Notes: generated from the letters alone by a model not told the origin. A stretch of 61,324 bases of DNA, filler included, from Hausera hauseri (GCA_046269625.1; 11 parts of 11 records of this genome joined end to end with filler, not necessarily neighbours in it), one strand, 5' to 3'; numbered from the whole stretch's first letter, positions 24,701 to 37,340 are shown. Numbers and translations are program-made.

Positions 24701-25993
24701 TAAGTGGCGCTTGGAGCAGTATTCATTCATAGAAACAAAAACAGATTACGTCAGTGTATCAACTATAGGAGACACTTTTATCACATGAACTGCTGTTAAC
24801 AAGGCAGATGGTTTTGAAGGAATCATTTTGTAAAGCCATCCAGCAGAATGCCTCTTTATCCCCAAAGGATGGGTTGCTGAGACAGATCGTTTCACGATCT
24901 TAATCAGGGCCAGGATTAACACACTGGTCAAGCACTTCCACTCACTGCTTGACATTCCACTCACTGCGTCCAGGCACGAGAAAAAATTCTGGCTGATGCT
25001 GGTAGGACAGCCACAGTCCCCAGCAGTAGTGGAGCTGTGATGATGAAAGTACAGTCAACATTTTGCCCCACCGGGACACACAGAAAGCCCTTGATAGTTG
25101 GACCCATGCTTTTATATGGGGACTGGGATACATCAAAGCTACTGCAAACAACCAACCAACCATCCCTTGAAGACCACGTAGACTTAATTTTTATCATTTT
25201 AAAGTTCCACGGGGTGTACACGGGGTGTTGTTGACTTCACATACATTTATTCAAGATATTCCAGCCTGAAGGGCAAGGAATCTTCTGGTTAAGGAGGTTT
25301 GGGGATTTAAAGAAAAAAACTTAGGGGGAGGGAAGGAAGAGATCATTTTATGCATGGGAGTCGAACTGTTTCATAAAACTGGGAATTTTAGGTACCTGAC
25401 AAACTCCAGGTCCTTCTAGTTTCTTTTAGAGAAACTGCATCAGTTTCAATTTCTTTATCCACATAAGCAAATCCACTCAACATCTGATGAGTGTTTATTT
25501 TACTACTCAGATCTGAATCACCCCCAGCAAATTAACAATGATGTTTTATTACTGCGAACATGTAAGTCACTATAGTTACTTTTATGACCTACATTTTTTA
25601 AATATACATCCCAAGTTTCACACTGAAAAACAACATCACTTTATATCCTACCATACTGCAGTAAATTAGCTTCACTCTTAGTCGGAAGATTTAATTTTAC
25701 AATGCTTTTATAGAAGTCAAGCATTAGAACTGTTTCTTTACTTGGATGTGTACCAAGACAAACAACAATCAAAGTTTTTCAAAGTACAATAACTGTATGT
25801 GCTGAGGCAGCCATATTTGTTTTCTTTTCAAAGTTCACCTTTTAGGCAAAGAGTTATTTCTCTTACAACAAAGGAGATAATTGAAACATAGAAGAACAGT
25901 CAATGTGTTCTGTTTATACAACATTAAAACAACAGCAACTTGCCTGTTATTTTACTACATTTGCCAGGATAACTTCTTTTCGTATACTGTGTT

Positions 25994-27015
25994 ATGATAA
26001 AATTCTATACCAACTTTCTCAACCACATGCTACAGAACAAATCATTCTGGTTTAAAAGGGTCAAGCCTAAAAAAACAGAAAACACTGCAAAATCCAACAG
26101 TAACAGCAAATGCAGCACAACCAAAGAAACTACTTTCGACAGTGCATTCTTTATCAAGGGATCTCAAAGTTCCAGTAAGACCGGGAAACATACTCCTTCA
26201 AGGCAGGGTTCATTGGACCTGACATCAGAACATTCTCAGCCTTCATCTATAGAGAACGAATCACAGATTCAACTTGAGACGAGCTCCGTTAAAGATGTAA
26301 TTATGGCATTAAATAGAAGTGTTAGCCATCACTCAGCGGAGAAGAGCTCTCGTCGGAGCCTCAGCAGTCTAAACAGCAGTAAAGTTGGTAACAATGTGCA
26401 AGTGAACGATACGTCGTTGGATAACAAGCATGTCTTCAGACCACATGAAACTAATGAAACTGACGAGCAAGGTCCGACTGTAAGTCATTTACCTTTTATT
26501 ACAGGTGAGAATGATCTCGAATTTTCCAAACATGAAGAAAAAGAGTCTGGTTCTGAGAAAAGCGTAGGCTCCAGTGAAGATTCAGACAATGACACAGAAA
26601 GTCTGGACAAGAAAATCACGACAGAAAACCACGAATATCAAGCTGATATTGCACACAATCAGTTTGTACTACTAGACAAAACAGCGGAAATTTCGCAAGG
26701 AGTCAAAACCGATTTTAATTTAGTGAAACAGGCAAGTGGAGATTACTCAAAATTTTCAGGACTTGAGCCGACATCTTCTCAAGAAGAAGATCTAGTGAAT
26801 CAAAAAGAAGATGAAAGTCACTTGTTTTCTAAAGACAAATTTCGAGCTCTGAGAAATGTCTTCGAAAAAGGACAAGAGAATATTGTTGATCACACAAGCA
26901 CAAACGCAAGGCTGAACAGTTTCAAAACTGTTGTTGAGTCTTCGTCACCTGACGCAGTCGGTAAGTCCAGAAGTGGAGGGAACTGGGTGCTGCATAAACA
27001 AACTAGCAAAAGTTT
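25994..27015 (+). CDS. Large Ser/Glu-rich low-complexity host exon, truncated by contig end; product unknown
   Basis: Uninterrupted ORF of over 1 kb in otherwise stop-rich DNA. Candidate splice acceptor ...ctacag| at ~26035. Confidence 0.6.
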
Positions 27016-27115
27016 NNNNNNNNNNNNNNNNNNNNNNNNNNNNNNNNNNNNNNNNNNNNTTAATTAATTAANNNNNNNNNNNNNNNNNNNNNNNNNNNNN
27101 NNNNNNNNNNNNNNN
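27016..27115. other. Artificial contig spacer
   Basis: N44-TTAATTAATTAA-N44. Confidence 0.99.
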
Positions 27116-27889
27116 TCTTTTTTGGAAAGTCAAATTGCCGAAATTATTATTCCAGACCGAATTCGAAATTCCATATTTCTCTGTAAGAAATGTTCGACAC
27201 ACGACAGAAAAATTAGTCGCTATTGTTGCGTCATTGAATGAAAGAAATGAACCATCATCTGGACCAAGTGAAATCAATAGTACACCTTGTAAGGATCGAA
27301 ATGATAATGCATTTTTATAGTATTTTCCGGGCGATGTTATAATTCAACTGAACTTTCCTTAACTTCATCATGTTGTAGTGAAGGTACATTGAATAACTTT
27401 TGTTTTCCCGAACAATATCGTTCATGTTCTCCGCGGAAAGGCTGAGATGTTGTATAAAATATCTGTGTGTCTGTCTGACTCAGTATCACCAAAGCGATTG
27501 TGAGTCATTGTGCTATTGTGGAAATAGCCAAGACGCAATTCTCGTCATTCATTCGTGCTTTGAAACAGAATCAGAACCCAGTTTAAATCAAACAACGGCC
27601 AATTCCTCACAGACCACACCGAATGCGTTCGTGAGTTCAAAAAGTTTCGAGAATAATTGCGTCGATGTCCGTACGAATGTTGAAGACGGTATTGTTTGTA
27701 ACGAACAGCATTTCCAGATGGATAACAAAATAATCAGTTTTAAATCACAATTGTCAATTTGTGTCCATCCTTGTACAAAGGAAATAAAACCGGATAAAGT
27801 CTGCAGGTCGCCTTGTTCAGATGATGAATTTCTAATCAAAGTACCGTACGAAAAGTATTTAGCATGCATGCAAATTGATGACATTGACC

Positions 27890-28460
27890 CCACACTTGTA
27901 GAGAAGTGGATGATATATGCGAAGTACCTTGTGAAAAGTATGATCCTTGTAAAAAATTCAAATGCGTTTGTCAGAAGCCTGATCCATGCGAATAAGCAAA
28001 CCATGTATACAAAACACCATATGTAATGCACGACCCTTGTAAGAAAGTTAAATGCTTTTGTCAAAAGCATGAAATAGAGGATGTCTGCGAAACACCCCAT
28101 GTAAAGGACGACCCGTGCAAAAACGTAGAATGTTTTTGTATAAAATACATTTATCAAAGATCAGATCCATGCAAAAAAGTCCAACACATATGTGAATTGC
28201 CAACTGAAACTCATGATCCTTGTAGCAAAGTAGAATGCGTTTGCAAATTTCCACGCTCTAATCAAGAGCCACCCAAAAATACCACAAATCTGCGAATTAA
28301 CCTGCGAAAAGTACGATCCGTGTCTAACTTTAGACAGTCTTTATGAATTACCCTGTGATAAACAAATCCCTATGAACAGAGCAGGAAATATTTGTAAATT
28401 ACCATGTGAACTGTATAAAAAAGTGGGCCATGTATTCGGATCACCCTGTCCTCAGTCACA
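27890..28460 (+). pseudogene. Cys-rich repeat protein relic (DPCxKVxCxC units)
   Basis: DPCKKFKCVC, DPCKKVKCFC, DPCKNVECFC, DPCKKVQHIC, DPCSKVECVC, with stops and frameshifts. Confidence 0.6.
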
Positions 28461-29359
28461 ACCTTGCATTCAAATTGATTATCCCAAAAACGAATCAAAT
28501 CTCCTTATACCTCCTATGAGATCGCAAATCTTACGAAGTATGAGTGAACAAGTGATCGAAGAACGTCGAACTTCTTCTGGACCAGTAAAAAATTTTCTCT
28601 ATATTGGATCAAGTCATGAACAGCAGTCTATCACATACATTAAGTGAATTTAAATATCAAAATTTGTAGAAAATAGAACATAAAGTAAACCCGACCCCAT
28701 GGTATGGATTTATTGTGGTGAATGCGAGATTTCGTTGATATTTTCGAATATTTTACCGGCTCCCATTCAAATATGCGACGTTTCATTTCTTATTATAAAT
28801 CCTGATAACGATGAAAGAATTTGGCTTCCAAGTGAAGGAACACTTACTCATATGTTACCGGCGCATTCCAAAGATGTTGTTTGAAACTTCATTGTCGTTC
28901 CAAATGTTCCAGTGAATAATTTCGAATCTCATCAACTCATCGGTGTATCTTATTGAATTGCATTAATGCACAACATTACATTTTGTCCACATCGAGATCA
29001 TATGGATACAATTCTCAATACATTTAAAATTCCCGATATTATTTTACAATGCACAATGCCTCCTATGAAAATATCGGTATTTAAATTGGAAACTCACAGT
29101 CCGAGCAATTTCCCAATGCGCAATTTACCAGAAGCACATGTGTCTGTCTGTCCAATCGCTGCTCACTGTCATGTGTTGGACTTCGAACTTTCTGGACCAG
29201 ACCACCGTAATGATTCTATGGACGTACTGCGAGTTGACAGCAACCTCACCGGTCGACCAGCAGACACTCCATCATCAGAGGCATTTAGACACGGGTTGGT
29301 GAGATTTTTTGCACTAATTTGCGCCCACCAGTGCGACCATTTTCTGCGCTCACAAATCT

Positions 29360-31050
29360 TTGATGGCCAACGCCAATCTTAATTTTGAAAACCTTTTAAG
29401 CTCAGAAACGTCTGATATTCTTTCATCGCAATCAATACTTGCCACTACTTTCCCGGTTGTACGCTCGAACTGCTTCTTAACTCAAAAGGTAACCACCCAA
29501 GCTCCGCGTGTATTTCATCGTTTCCCTGGGATCACCTTATTACATTTTTTTTTCCTAGACTTTAGCAATAATCAACATGTAGAAACCATAAGAGCTCCAC
29601 TCAACGATACAGCACAGCTCTTATATAACGCTCTGTCCTCATCATACAACACTTCTGATATTTATTTCACATATCAAGGGCTTATAATACATCCTTCAGA
29701 CTCCCTCTTGTCTTTCGTATGCCACGAAGCGATTTCGAAGGATGCTAGGAAATGCTTTTTGGGTTGTTGGTTCTACAGCGAACGGTACACTGTGGACAAA
29801 CCTATTTGTGTCTAGCACAATAAATTCCAGTCACAGGCTAGATCATGCATGCCTGGTTGTAGACATTACAACGATAAATCTCCTCGCTTTTTTTCCTCTT
29901 CCTTTTCTTCAAAACCTTCATAAAACTAATAATGTCGTCAGATTTTACGGCACATTCTGGCGCAGGCAATATGCTTTAATCTTCTGGCAGTTTCAACACC
30001 GCCTCTGCAGTTTTTCTGTTGAAAGCTGCACTGTTATACAGAGATACTTCACATATCGACTTCCTTATAGACTCAGGAGCTGCCTTTTTGCTCCTTCCCT
30101 TGTCCTTCGTTCTTACATTGACTATAATTTCCTGTCCACCGCTTTTTACTGGCATTGGTCAACCGTTGCACATTGCAGGAATCACTGAATCGGCTTTCAC
30201 ATTCGCCAACTTGCCAGACAAGTTTGTCTGGAAGTTCCACGTGGCCAATATTAAATCTCCGTTAATAAGCTCAGATTTTCTTGCCACACATGATTTATTG
30301 GTCGATTGCAAATACGGCTGTCTTTTAAGCAGGAACGTGATTGCAACTCCAAACATGTGTCTTGTAGACAATTTAGCAATAAATTCATTGCACGCATCTG
30401 TAAGCATGTTAAGCGCTTCATCCTCTATAAAAACAGCTTCCGACAAAGTCGGTATTCTTTCAATTATTAACGGCAATCATAACTCTTCTAAAACAAAAAT
30501 CCAAATTAGGCGTCGACAGTAGCGATGCCAGTTGCTTGTCGTCAATCACTGGAGCTGTTCTATCTAATGATATGCCTCATTCATTCTTGTCTCTAGATTC
30601 AAATCTTAAATCATACGTCACAACGTCTTGCTTTCGCACAGTTAAAAGGGACTTCAAATTCAAGCATCCATCCACAACTTATCATCATATAGTAACAGAG
30701 CATCAGAGGCCGATCAAACAAAAGGTCAGACTCTTGTCGCTACGCAGACGTAAAACTGTGGAACAGAAAGTTAATAAACTGGAAAGGTCTGGCATTATTC
30801 GGAGATCGAATTCACCTAAGGTTCCTCCTCTTCATGTAGTTGCAAAGAAAGATGGTACCTATGGGCCATGTGGCGACTATCGACAGTTAAACAATCTAAC
30901 TATTACAAATGCCATATCCACTATCACTCATTAAATATATTCTTCATAGCCTCAACAACACCAATACCTATTCTACCATTAATCTACACAAGGCCTACCA
31001 TCAAATTCCTTTTGCCCCTGATGACATTTCAAAAACTGCTGCCATCACAG
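29360..31050 (+). mobile_element. CsRn1-clade Gypsy fragment (Ubl, internally deleted gag, PR, 5' RT)
   Basis: CV*HNKFQSQARSCMPGC knuckle, FLIDSGAAF, PLHVVAKKDGTYGPCGDYRQLN. Long nucleotide identities with 19430-19700. Confidence 0.9.
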
Positions 31051-31223
31051 TAAAGAAGACTTTGCTCGGCTAAGTCGGAGGATCGAAATCCTGGAGTTCA
31101 CCTGCTTTCTTTTCGCTCATAATTGAAATAAGTCCAAAGAGCTTTTAAAGTATTTATTTATCCAATATTTAAACAAATTTAAAATAAATAATAATTTGCT
31201 TATTATTTATTTTTGCTGCTCCA

Positions 31224-31323
31224 NNNNNNNNNNNNNNNNNNNNNNNNNNNNNNNNNNNNNNNNNNNNTTAATTAATTAANNNNNNNNNNNNNNNNNNNNN
31301 NNNNNNNNNNNNNNNNNNNNNNN
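31224..31323. other. Artificial contig spacer
   Basis: N44-TTAATTAATTAA-N44. Confidence 0.99.
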
Positions 31324-31471
31324 AACGAACGAACGAACGAACGAACGAACGAACGAACGAACGAACGAACGAACGAACGAACGAACAAACGAACGAACGA
31401 GCGAGCGAGCGATCGAACGAACGAACGAACGAACGAACATACGAACGAACGAATGAACGAACGAACGAACG
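31324..31471 (+). repeat. (AACG)n microsatellite at contig start
   Basis: About 37 imperfect AACG units. Confidence 0.97.
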
Positions 31472-31589
31472 ATGATAATGATTATTTTGACTTTTTAGCA
31501 TTGTGTTTTTTGTTTTTCCTTGCATTTTTCATCGGGATCCATTAGTCTGATCGTGAGGCGGCTGTAATAGGAAATACTCAACTACTGAT

Positions 31590-32520
31590 GGGCTACGTGC
31601 TCAACACATTTCCACAACCAGCAGACTTAAATAATGGGAAATTTTTAGAATTTGAAATTTTCCCATCAATTTTCACCATGTTCCCATGGACAGACAACAT
31701 TGAAATTGTGTGCATTCGATTTCCCAACATTGACTTGACATTTGGACTGAACGTTGCGCAATTCGTAACTCGTGTCGCGTTTCTCAGAAAACATTTCCTG
31801 TTTTAATTCTTTTGCTTTTAGCGCCGCCCACTAAAATTTTCGACTCTCGCCGTGCTAGAAAATTTTTCTCGCCTCATCCAGCTCTACCGATTCCTGCCCG
31901 TGGCATGTGCGACATGTGATATGTGCTTCCGGCTGGAGGGGGGGGGGTCTTCTGACCGCAAAACATGAAATGCTCAGAAATGTGTTGACTTTGACTTTAA
32001 CAATAATGATTTTGACTTCGAATTTAACGTTGCGCTTTTTTTGGTTGGTTGGTTTGATTGATTGATTGCATTTTTCACCCAGATCCATTGGTCTGATTGT
32101 GAAACGGCTATAATGCGAAATTTTCCCCACCTTATGGGCAATGTATTAAACCAATTTCTATCACGCGCAGACTTGAACATGGAGAAATTTTACCCGTTTG
32201 AAATTTTCCCATCGATTTTTCCAAATGTTTCCATGGTGTGACAGACTTGCAACAGTGTCAGTTGCAATCGCCAATATCTATTTACCCCTTGTACACATTT
32301 TCTCACTGCTAGAAGCAGGCGTCGCGTTACACGTGGAGCATTTCCTGTTTTGCTTCTTCCTCTTCTAGCGCCTGTTCCTCACCTTTCTGTAAGCCGCCCC
32401 TCTGTTAACTTTTGCTCACGTCGTCACGCGCCATCGATATCACCTGGTCCGAACCTCTTTGCTCGAACTCATTTTTTGGGGGGCGGTCGTGAGAAAATTT
32501 TAGTGAAATGTTCAGAATAG
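31590..32520. repeat. Two diverged tandem units with ~545-bp period; candidate Maverick terminal/subterminal region
   Basis: Shared blocks cagactt.aa, tttgaaattttcccatc, catttcctgtttt...tagcgcc and gggggg...gaaatg.tcagaa recur ~540-547 bp apart. Confidence 0.65.
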
Positions 32521-32689
32521 CCAGTCAGATGGGGAAAACTGGTCGGTGGACCAATCAGAAGAGCACCCTTCTACCTACTTGAAATGATATAACATCAGTA
32601 TAACAAATTGTATATTTCAAAATAAAAAAACAGTCTGTCTGTCCATTCGTAAAAGAGGAATACGTTTACAATAATGTATGCAATGTAAG

Positions 32690-33073
32690 TCACAATAGGC
32701 AGTAATGTCCACACAATAAGGTAAGTGAATGTTGATAATGCAGTCGATCATATTCAACACGATGATATGATTGTCTTTCAATTTGAGAAACTAAAGATGA
32801 TGGGCAATAAAACCAGAGCGGATCGAATACCTTGACGACGGTCAGATGTACGTACACCTCAATCCAATGTTTGCCCGGCAACGATGAACTGTGTGTATTG
32901 ACGATGAAACATTTATCACCATTTTGTTGTGAATCACACAGCACACAGTCCGATGGAAACACGCCACAATATTTCACGCCCAAGGGCAGTTTTACGTAGT
33001 GATGGAGTTTAGTTGAGCTAAACGCAAAACGAGATTTAATCATAATAGTAATAATGGCAATAAATTTCTTCAT
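32690..33073 (-). CDS. Adenain-like (C5) maturation cysteine protease
   Basis: FIVNT...PGKHW, VFDPL, YQH...LCGHYC (H-D-Q-C catalytic order). Confidence 0.9.
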   Translation of the reverse strand: MKKFIAIITIMIKSRFAFSSTKLHHYVKLPLGVKYCGVFPSDCVLCDSQQNGDKCFIVNTHSSSLPGKHWIEVYVHLTVVKVFDPLWFYCPSSLVSQIERQSYHRVEYDRLHYQHSLTLLCGHYCLL

Positions 33074-33104
33074 GGTACAAAGAGGAAGAAGAAGAAGATT
33101 TTAT

Positions 33105-34275
33105 TTATACAATGACGGTTCCGTTTTTCGTTATTTCAACCTTGGAATCAAATACACTGTAAATGTACATCACGGTAGATTGCTGCAACGCTTTAGCAAA
33201 ATGAACCTCCAGTCGTAGGTTTCCCTGCTGAGGTAGTTCAGTCTGTTCAATGTCATAATCCGGAGCCAGGACAAAGGTGAAAAATGAATAGGTGGACTTG
33301 AACAAATTCATCGATATGCCATTGTTGACATTTTTGTTTAGCAAATCCATGTTGCGCAAGATAGATTTCATATATGTGCAAACATAATCGCTGGTCTCGA
33401 AATCCTGCTTGTATGTCTCAACGAAATCCGCATTCCGACCCAAGCGGTTGTAATTCACATTGCCATAAGTAAACGTTTCCAAATCGGTGGTATAACTACC
33501 CATTTGTTGAGCAGTCGTTTGAAATGTAACGAGCACATATTTCGGCAATAGCATGTCGCCAAACAGTGCATCTTTGTAAAACGTAGTTGAACCTTTGATC
33601 ATGGTGCAAAACACGAGTTCTGTGAGTTATAACGGTTAACAGGCATTTTGCGTTTCCAAGCCCAATCGATGTCCCATGGGCACAGATGGTTCTATATTTA
33701 CACGACGTACGTGTAATCGTGGTTCGGTAATTTTTAGTATGGATTTGAGATTTGCAACGGCAGTTTTCAAAAAAAGACACAGTCGCTGCATTTGAGCCGA
33801 ATCATAGCTTTAAACCGGGTAGTAGGTATTTCGGCTGATCGAAAAAGTCAAAGTACAGCGGTTTACACATGGTAAGCGCTTTTGATTCTGCCATGCATGC
33901 CTGAAGGTTTGCTGCAGTGGCGTCATATTCGATAGTTTTCGTCAAATGAGTCGTTTTCATTTCAGTACTGTAATTCAGAGCACTTTCAGTAAGTGTTTTG
34001 ATACTATATAGACTGGTGTTGCCTTTGATTTTGACGCTGTTTAGAGTCAGTAAAGCCTCCTGGAACAGTGTGAGGAAAAGGTAATTGACCGTGTGACAGT
34101 GTCTGTTGCAGCAAGAACCGTTGATGCATCCTTTTTAACAATGCCTTTCTGCATATAGTAGCGTATCGTTCAAATCCAGGTATTCATTGTTTAATGCCAT
34201 AATGTTGAATTGAATGTCAATGTTATCATCCGTTGAAACCGAATCAACTGGGTAGATTTCTTTAAATGCCAAATT
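33105..34275 (-). pseudogene. Double jelly-roll major capsid protein
   Basis: IQFNI...EYLDLNDTLLY, KPLYFDFFDQPKYL, PKYVLVTF...GSY, GNLRLEVHFAKAL...IYSVFDSKVEI. Frameshifted. Confidence 0.85.
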
Positions 34276-34455
34276 TGTTTTCATATAGTACGTCCTGTGC
34301 TGTTTTTGCTGGCACGGCTCCAATATGCTTCAATACTGGAAATGCTAAACGTGCCAATGTACGCAACCATCCAGAGCCATACATTTTACTAACGAAATAT
34401 GGCAGTTCACAGCCATGCTGGGGTTTATTGTAAATGGAAACGATTTCGGAATCAA
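34262..34455 (-). pseudogene. Polinton core/PZ-like protein N-terminal fragment (absent from the ORF track)
   Basis: YNKPQHGCELPYFVSKMYGSGWLRTLARLAFPVLKHIG...AQDVL fits the recalled Q.GG.LP.F.G..Q.G.G....L.R...P.LK...DVL pattern of the gene between penton and MCP. Confidence 0.6.
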
Positions 34456-35267
34456 TTATTTTGGATTCGACGGAAATGAAGAGTTAGACTGGTTGCGGTA
34501 CCGTATTGAAATTCAATAATGTAGCCCGTGTCACATCGGATATTCACTTCAACATTGTTTATAGATGTAGATGCGACAGGTAGGTACTTTGGATTATGAC
34601 GCTTGACAGTGACATTGTCGCCAGCAGTATACCAGCTGCTTTCCGGATAAATTGCACGAAGTAGCGGCACACGTACTCCACCCACCAAAATCGGTTCAAT
34701 GACGTGCACGTAAATGTACATTTGACTTAGTCCAGTTTTCAGTTTGGGTTTGTGTTTCAACATGTACCGCCGCCGTATTCATTTTCGATGCAACTGTTTT
34801 TCAAAAGCCAATATTATGGCCAAAGCTTTGTCCAATGAAATGTTGACAATATCCATAGCCAGTTCAAATTTAATATACCCACTTAAATCTGACTCGAAAA
34901 CCTTAAATATCTCATTGTACTTTTGATTTGAAAAAAAGTGTTGACAGAGATGTGCTACAGTTTCGCAGTGTAAACCGTAGTTTGCTTCGGTCGTGCAAAT
35001 GGCCAATTCTCCAACTGTTATTTTATTGCTAGTAAGTATCAGAGGACAAGAATGTGTTTTGATTTCAGTAACAGTCTTATTGTGCGTTATTTTCCTACTA
35101 CCTTTCAATGTCACCGGTGCGTATGGAAAGTTAAATTCCGTCAGTGCAACCTCATATATTTCATATAAATCCAAAGGATTGTTTCAATTTACAACGTATT
35201 CACTGGCTGAATTGTTCGGACAAGTCGTCGGACAACTGTTGGTCGGAAACACCATGTAAATACTCAT
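34452..35267 (-). pseudogene. Penton / minor capsid protein (paralogue 1)
   Basis: MSIYMVFPTNS..NNSAS..PLDL..YEVALTEF and MYIYVHVIEPILVGGVRVPLLR..YLPV..INNVEVNI..LTLHFRR. Confidence 0.85.
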
Positions 35268-35303
35268 AATTTCGATGATAATGATGATGACGCAATTTGT
35301 TTA

Positions 35304-36290
35304 TTATCGGCGACATAGAAAATGTAACGTCAAATGTGTAGTTGACCCAAACAGAAATTTAATGGTTTCCCAAAATTCATCAAGCATATACACGAAAATA
35401 CTGTGCACAATATTGTGGCACAATGATAAGTACATGGGTCTGAGCATATTAACGCAAACAGTTTTACCCAATGTTTTGCACGTGTCAGAATCCAGTTCGA
35501 TTGAAACCAGTAGTTGTTTACGTTTCCCACCAACGAGTACGGATTCGGTTAAGTCCGTTAAAATGTTGATTCTATGAAATGCTCCATAGAGTTGCTGTTT
35601 GTATTTGGTAAAAATAGATTGTCCAACAATGGTTTGATAGAATTCACGTTTTAGAAAACCCAGATTCCGAGCCAATAATATCAAAGGCAAAATACGTAAC
35701 ATTGTCATATAGTGTAAGCGAAATATGACCTTCTGCATTTATATCACATGTCTATACAGCTAATGTAGCAGTTTTCTTTACGTATTCACAGAATTCCAGT
35801 ACCGTTTCCATTAATAAATCGTGTGGTATAATATATGAGCGGAAGACGAATTCTGACTTAGTAGACGTTACTATAATATCGGATTCTGCATTAAATGAGA
35901 GGTCCAATTTTTTACCAATTATAACATGTCCACCTAGCCGTAGACGTTTATAGTGTACATTGACTAATTAAAAACCCCATGTCTGAGCATCAGCTGTAGA
36001 TTTAAACTACATTTCAATGGGATTTTGATGTATTGGTTTCATACGGTAGTTTGAAAAATAAGCATAAACAGAGAAATCTTGTCGCGAATAATTGCGAAAA
36101 ATATATCGGTTATTGTGTCGGATTGTCCGCAAACGACTTGAAAGAGGGTACGTTTCTTGTCGGATAAAGTAAATACCACTGTTTTGACATATTGTCATTG
36201 GCGAAAATGTAAATGTGAATTCCGTCAAAGCTACTCCATAGGCTTCCTGGCGTAAATCGACCGGTTGGTCCAAGCGGCGTTGTCATTGTC
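35304..36290 (-). pseudogene. Penton / minor capsid protein (paralogue 2)
   Basis: PVDL..AYGVALTEF and ILTDLTESVLVGGKRKQLL..PMYLSL..LTLHFLCRR. Confidence 0.78.
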
Positions 36291-36327
36291 GTCATGTTGT
36301 GATAATAATCTGATAATCTGATAATAA

Positions 36328-37340
36328 TCAAGTACCAAGTAAATGCAGCTCATTGAATCTGTGATGCAAAAATCCAACTGGGTGCAGTGTATACATGCCA
36401 CTTGACGAGATATTGTTTATTTGAACATTTGCTATGTGAACACAGAATTTCCTGAATACGATATACATAGGGTTTCTCTGGCAGTACCTGCAGTTCCTGT
36501 TCGTAGAATTTATCGCGTATTTCATCACCGTTTTCATCCTCTAAAACGCACGTGGCAGGTGTTTGTTTTGTGTTGATTGCCCAAATGCGGAAACTTCGTC
36601 GCTCCCGTCCTGATTACAATTCTTAATAAATGGCGTCGAAATTATTTTCGGAATATGTACGTAAACACGGATTTTATATTTTGGGTGTTTAGCTGCTTGT
36701 TGTCTTTGTGTTCGGTTTTGATAAAGCCACATGTCCAAACCATCGATTACGTCAACCGGGCGCATTCCGTTGATTCCACGATGTGTCGAATGATTGTATG
36801 CATGAATAATATCCGGCAGTACATCTACCCAACGTTTGTTGCCTTGCTTCGTAACGAATTTTTTAGGCGACCGCGCAATGTTTGGTTAAATTGTTCAGCA
36901 TGTGCAGCCTTGTATTGGGAAAACACTGAGTAGTGGTTTACGCCAAACCGTTTCAAGACCGCTGCAATGTGGGCGTTGTAGAATTCCTTACCCAAATCCG
37001 TTTGTAACTGTTTCGGCTGTTGTTGTTGTATCAGTGTTTGGACAGTGTCGGCAATCTCTTTACCGGATTTAGATTTCACGTCAATTGCACGTTCAAAACG
37101 ACTAAACACATTAATATATGTTAGCACATACCGATACCCATCGTTGATGCTGGCGTACTAAATCATTTCCATCAGATCCATTTGCACACATTATGTACAC
37201 CGGCAGCACGGTATGCACGAGTTGGAAACCGCCTTCTTATCGGTTTGTTGAGGCTGTATGCTAACTATTTCCCGAGCCAACGTTGGGTTTGTTGCCAAAT
37301 CTGTTTGACAGTCTTTGCCAGTTTGTCGACGCTAGTATAT
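36328..37340 (-). pseudogene. Polinton retroviral-like integrase (c-INT)
   Basis: GYRYVLTYINVFSRF, KSKSGKEI, PKQLQTDLGKEFYN, KAAHAEQFNQTLR, MRPVDV. Confidence 0.9.
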
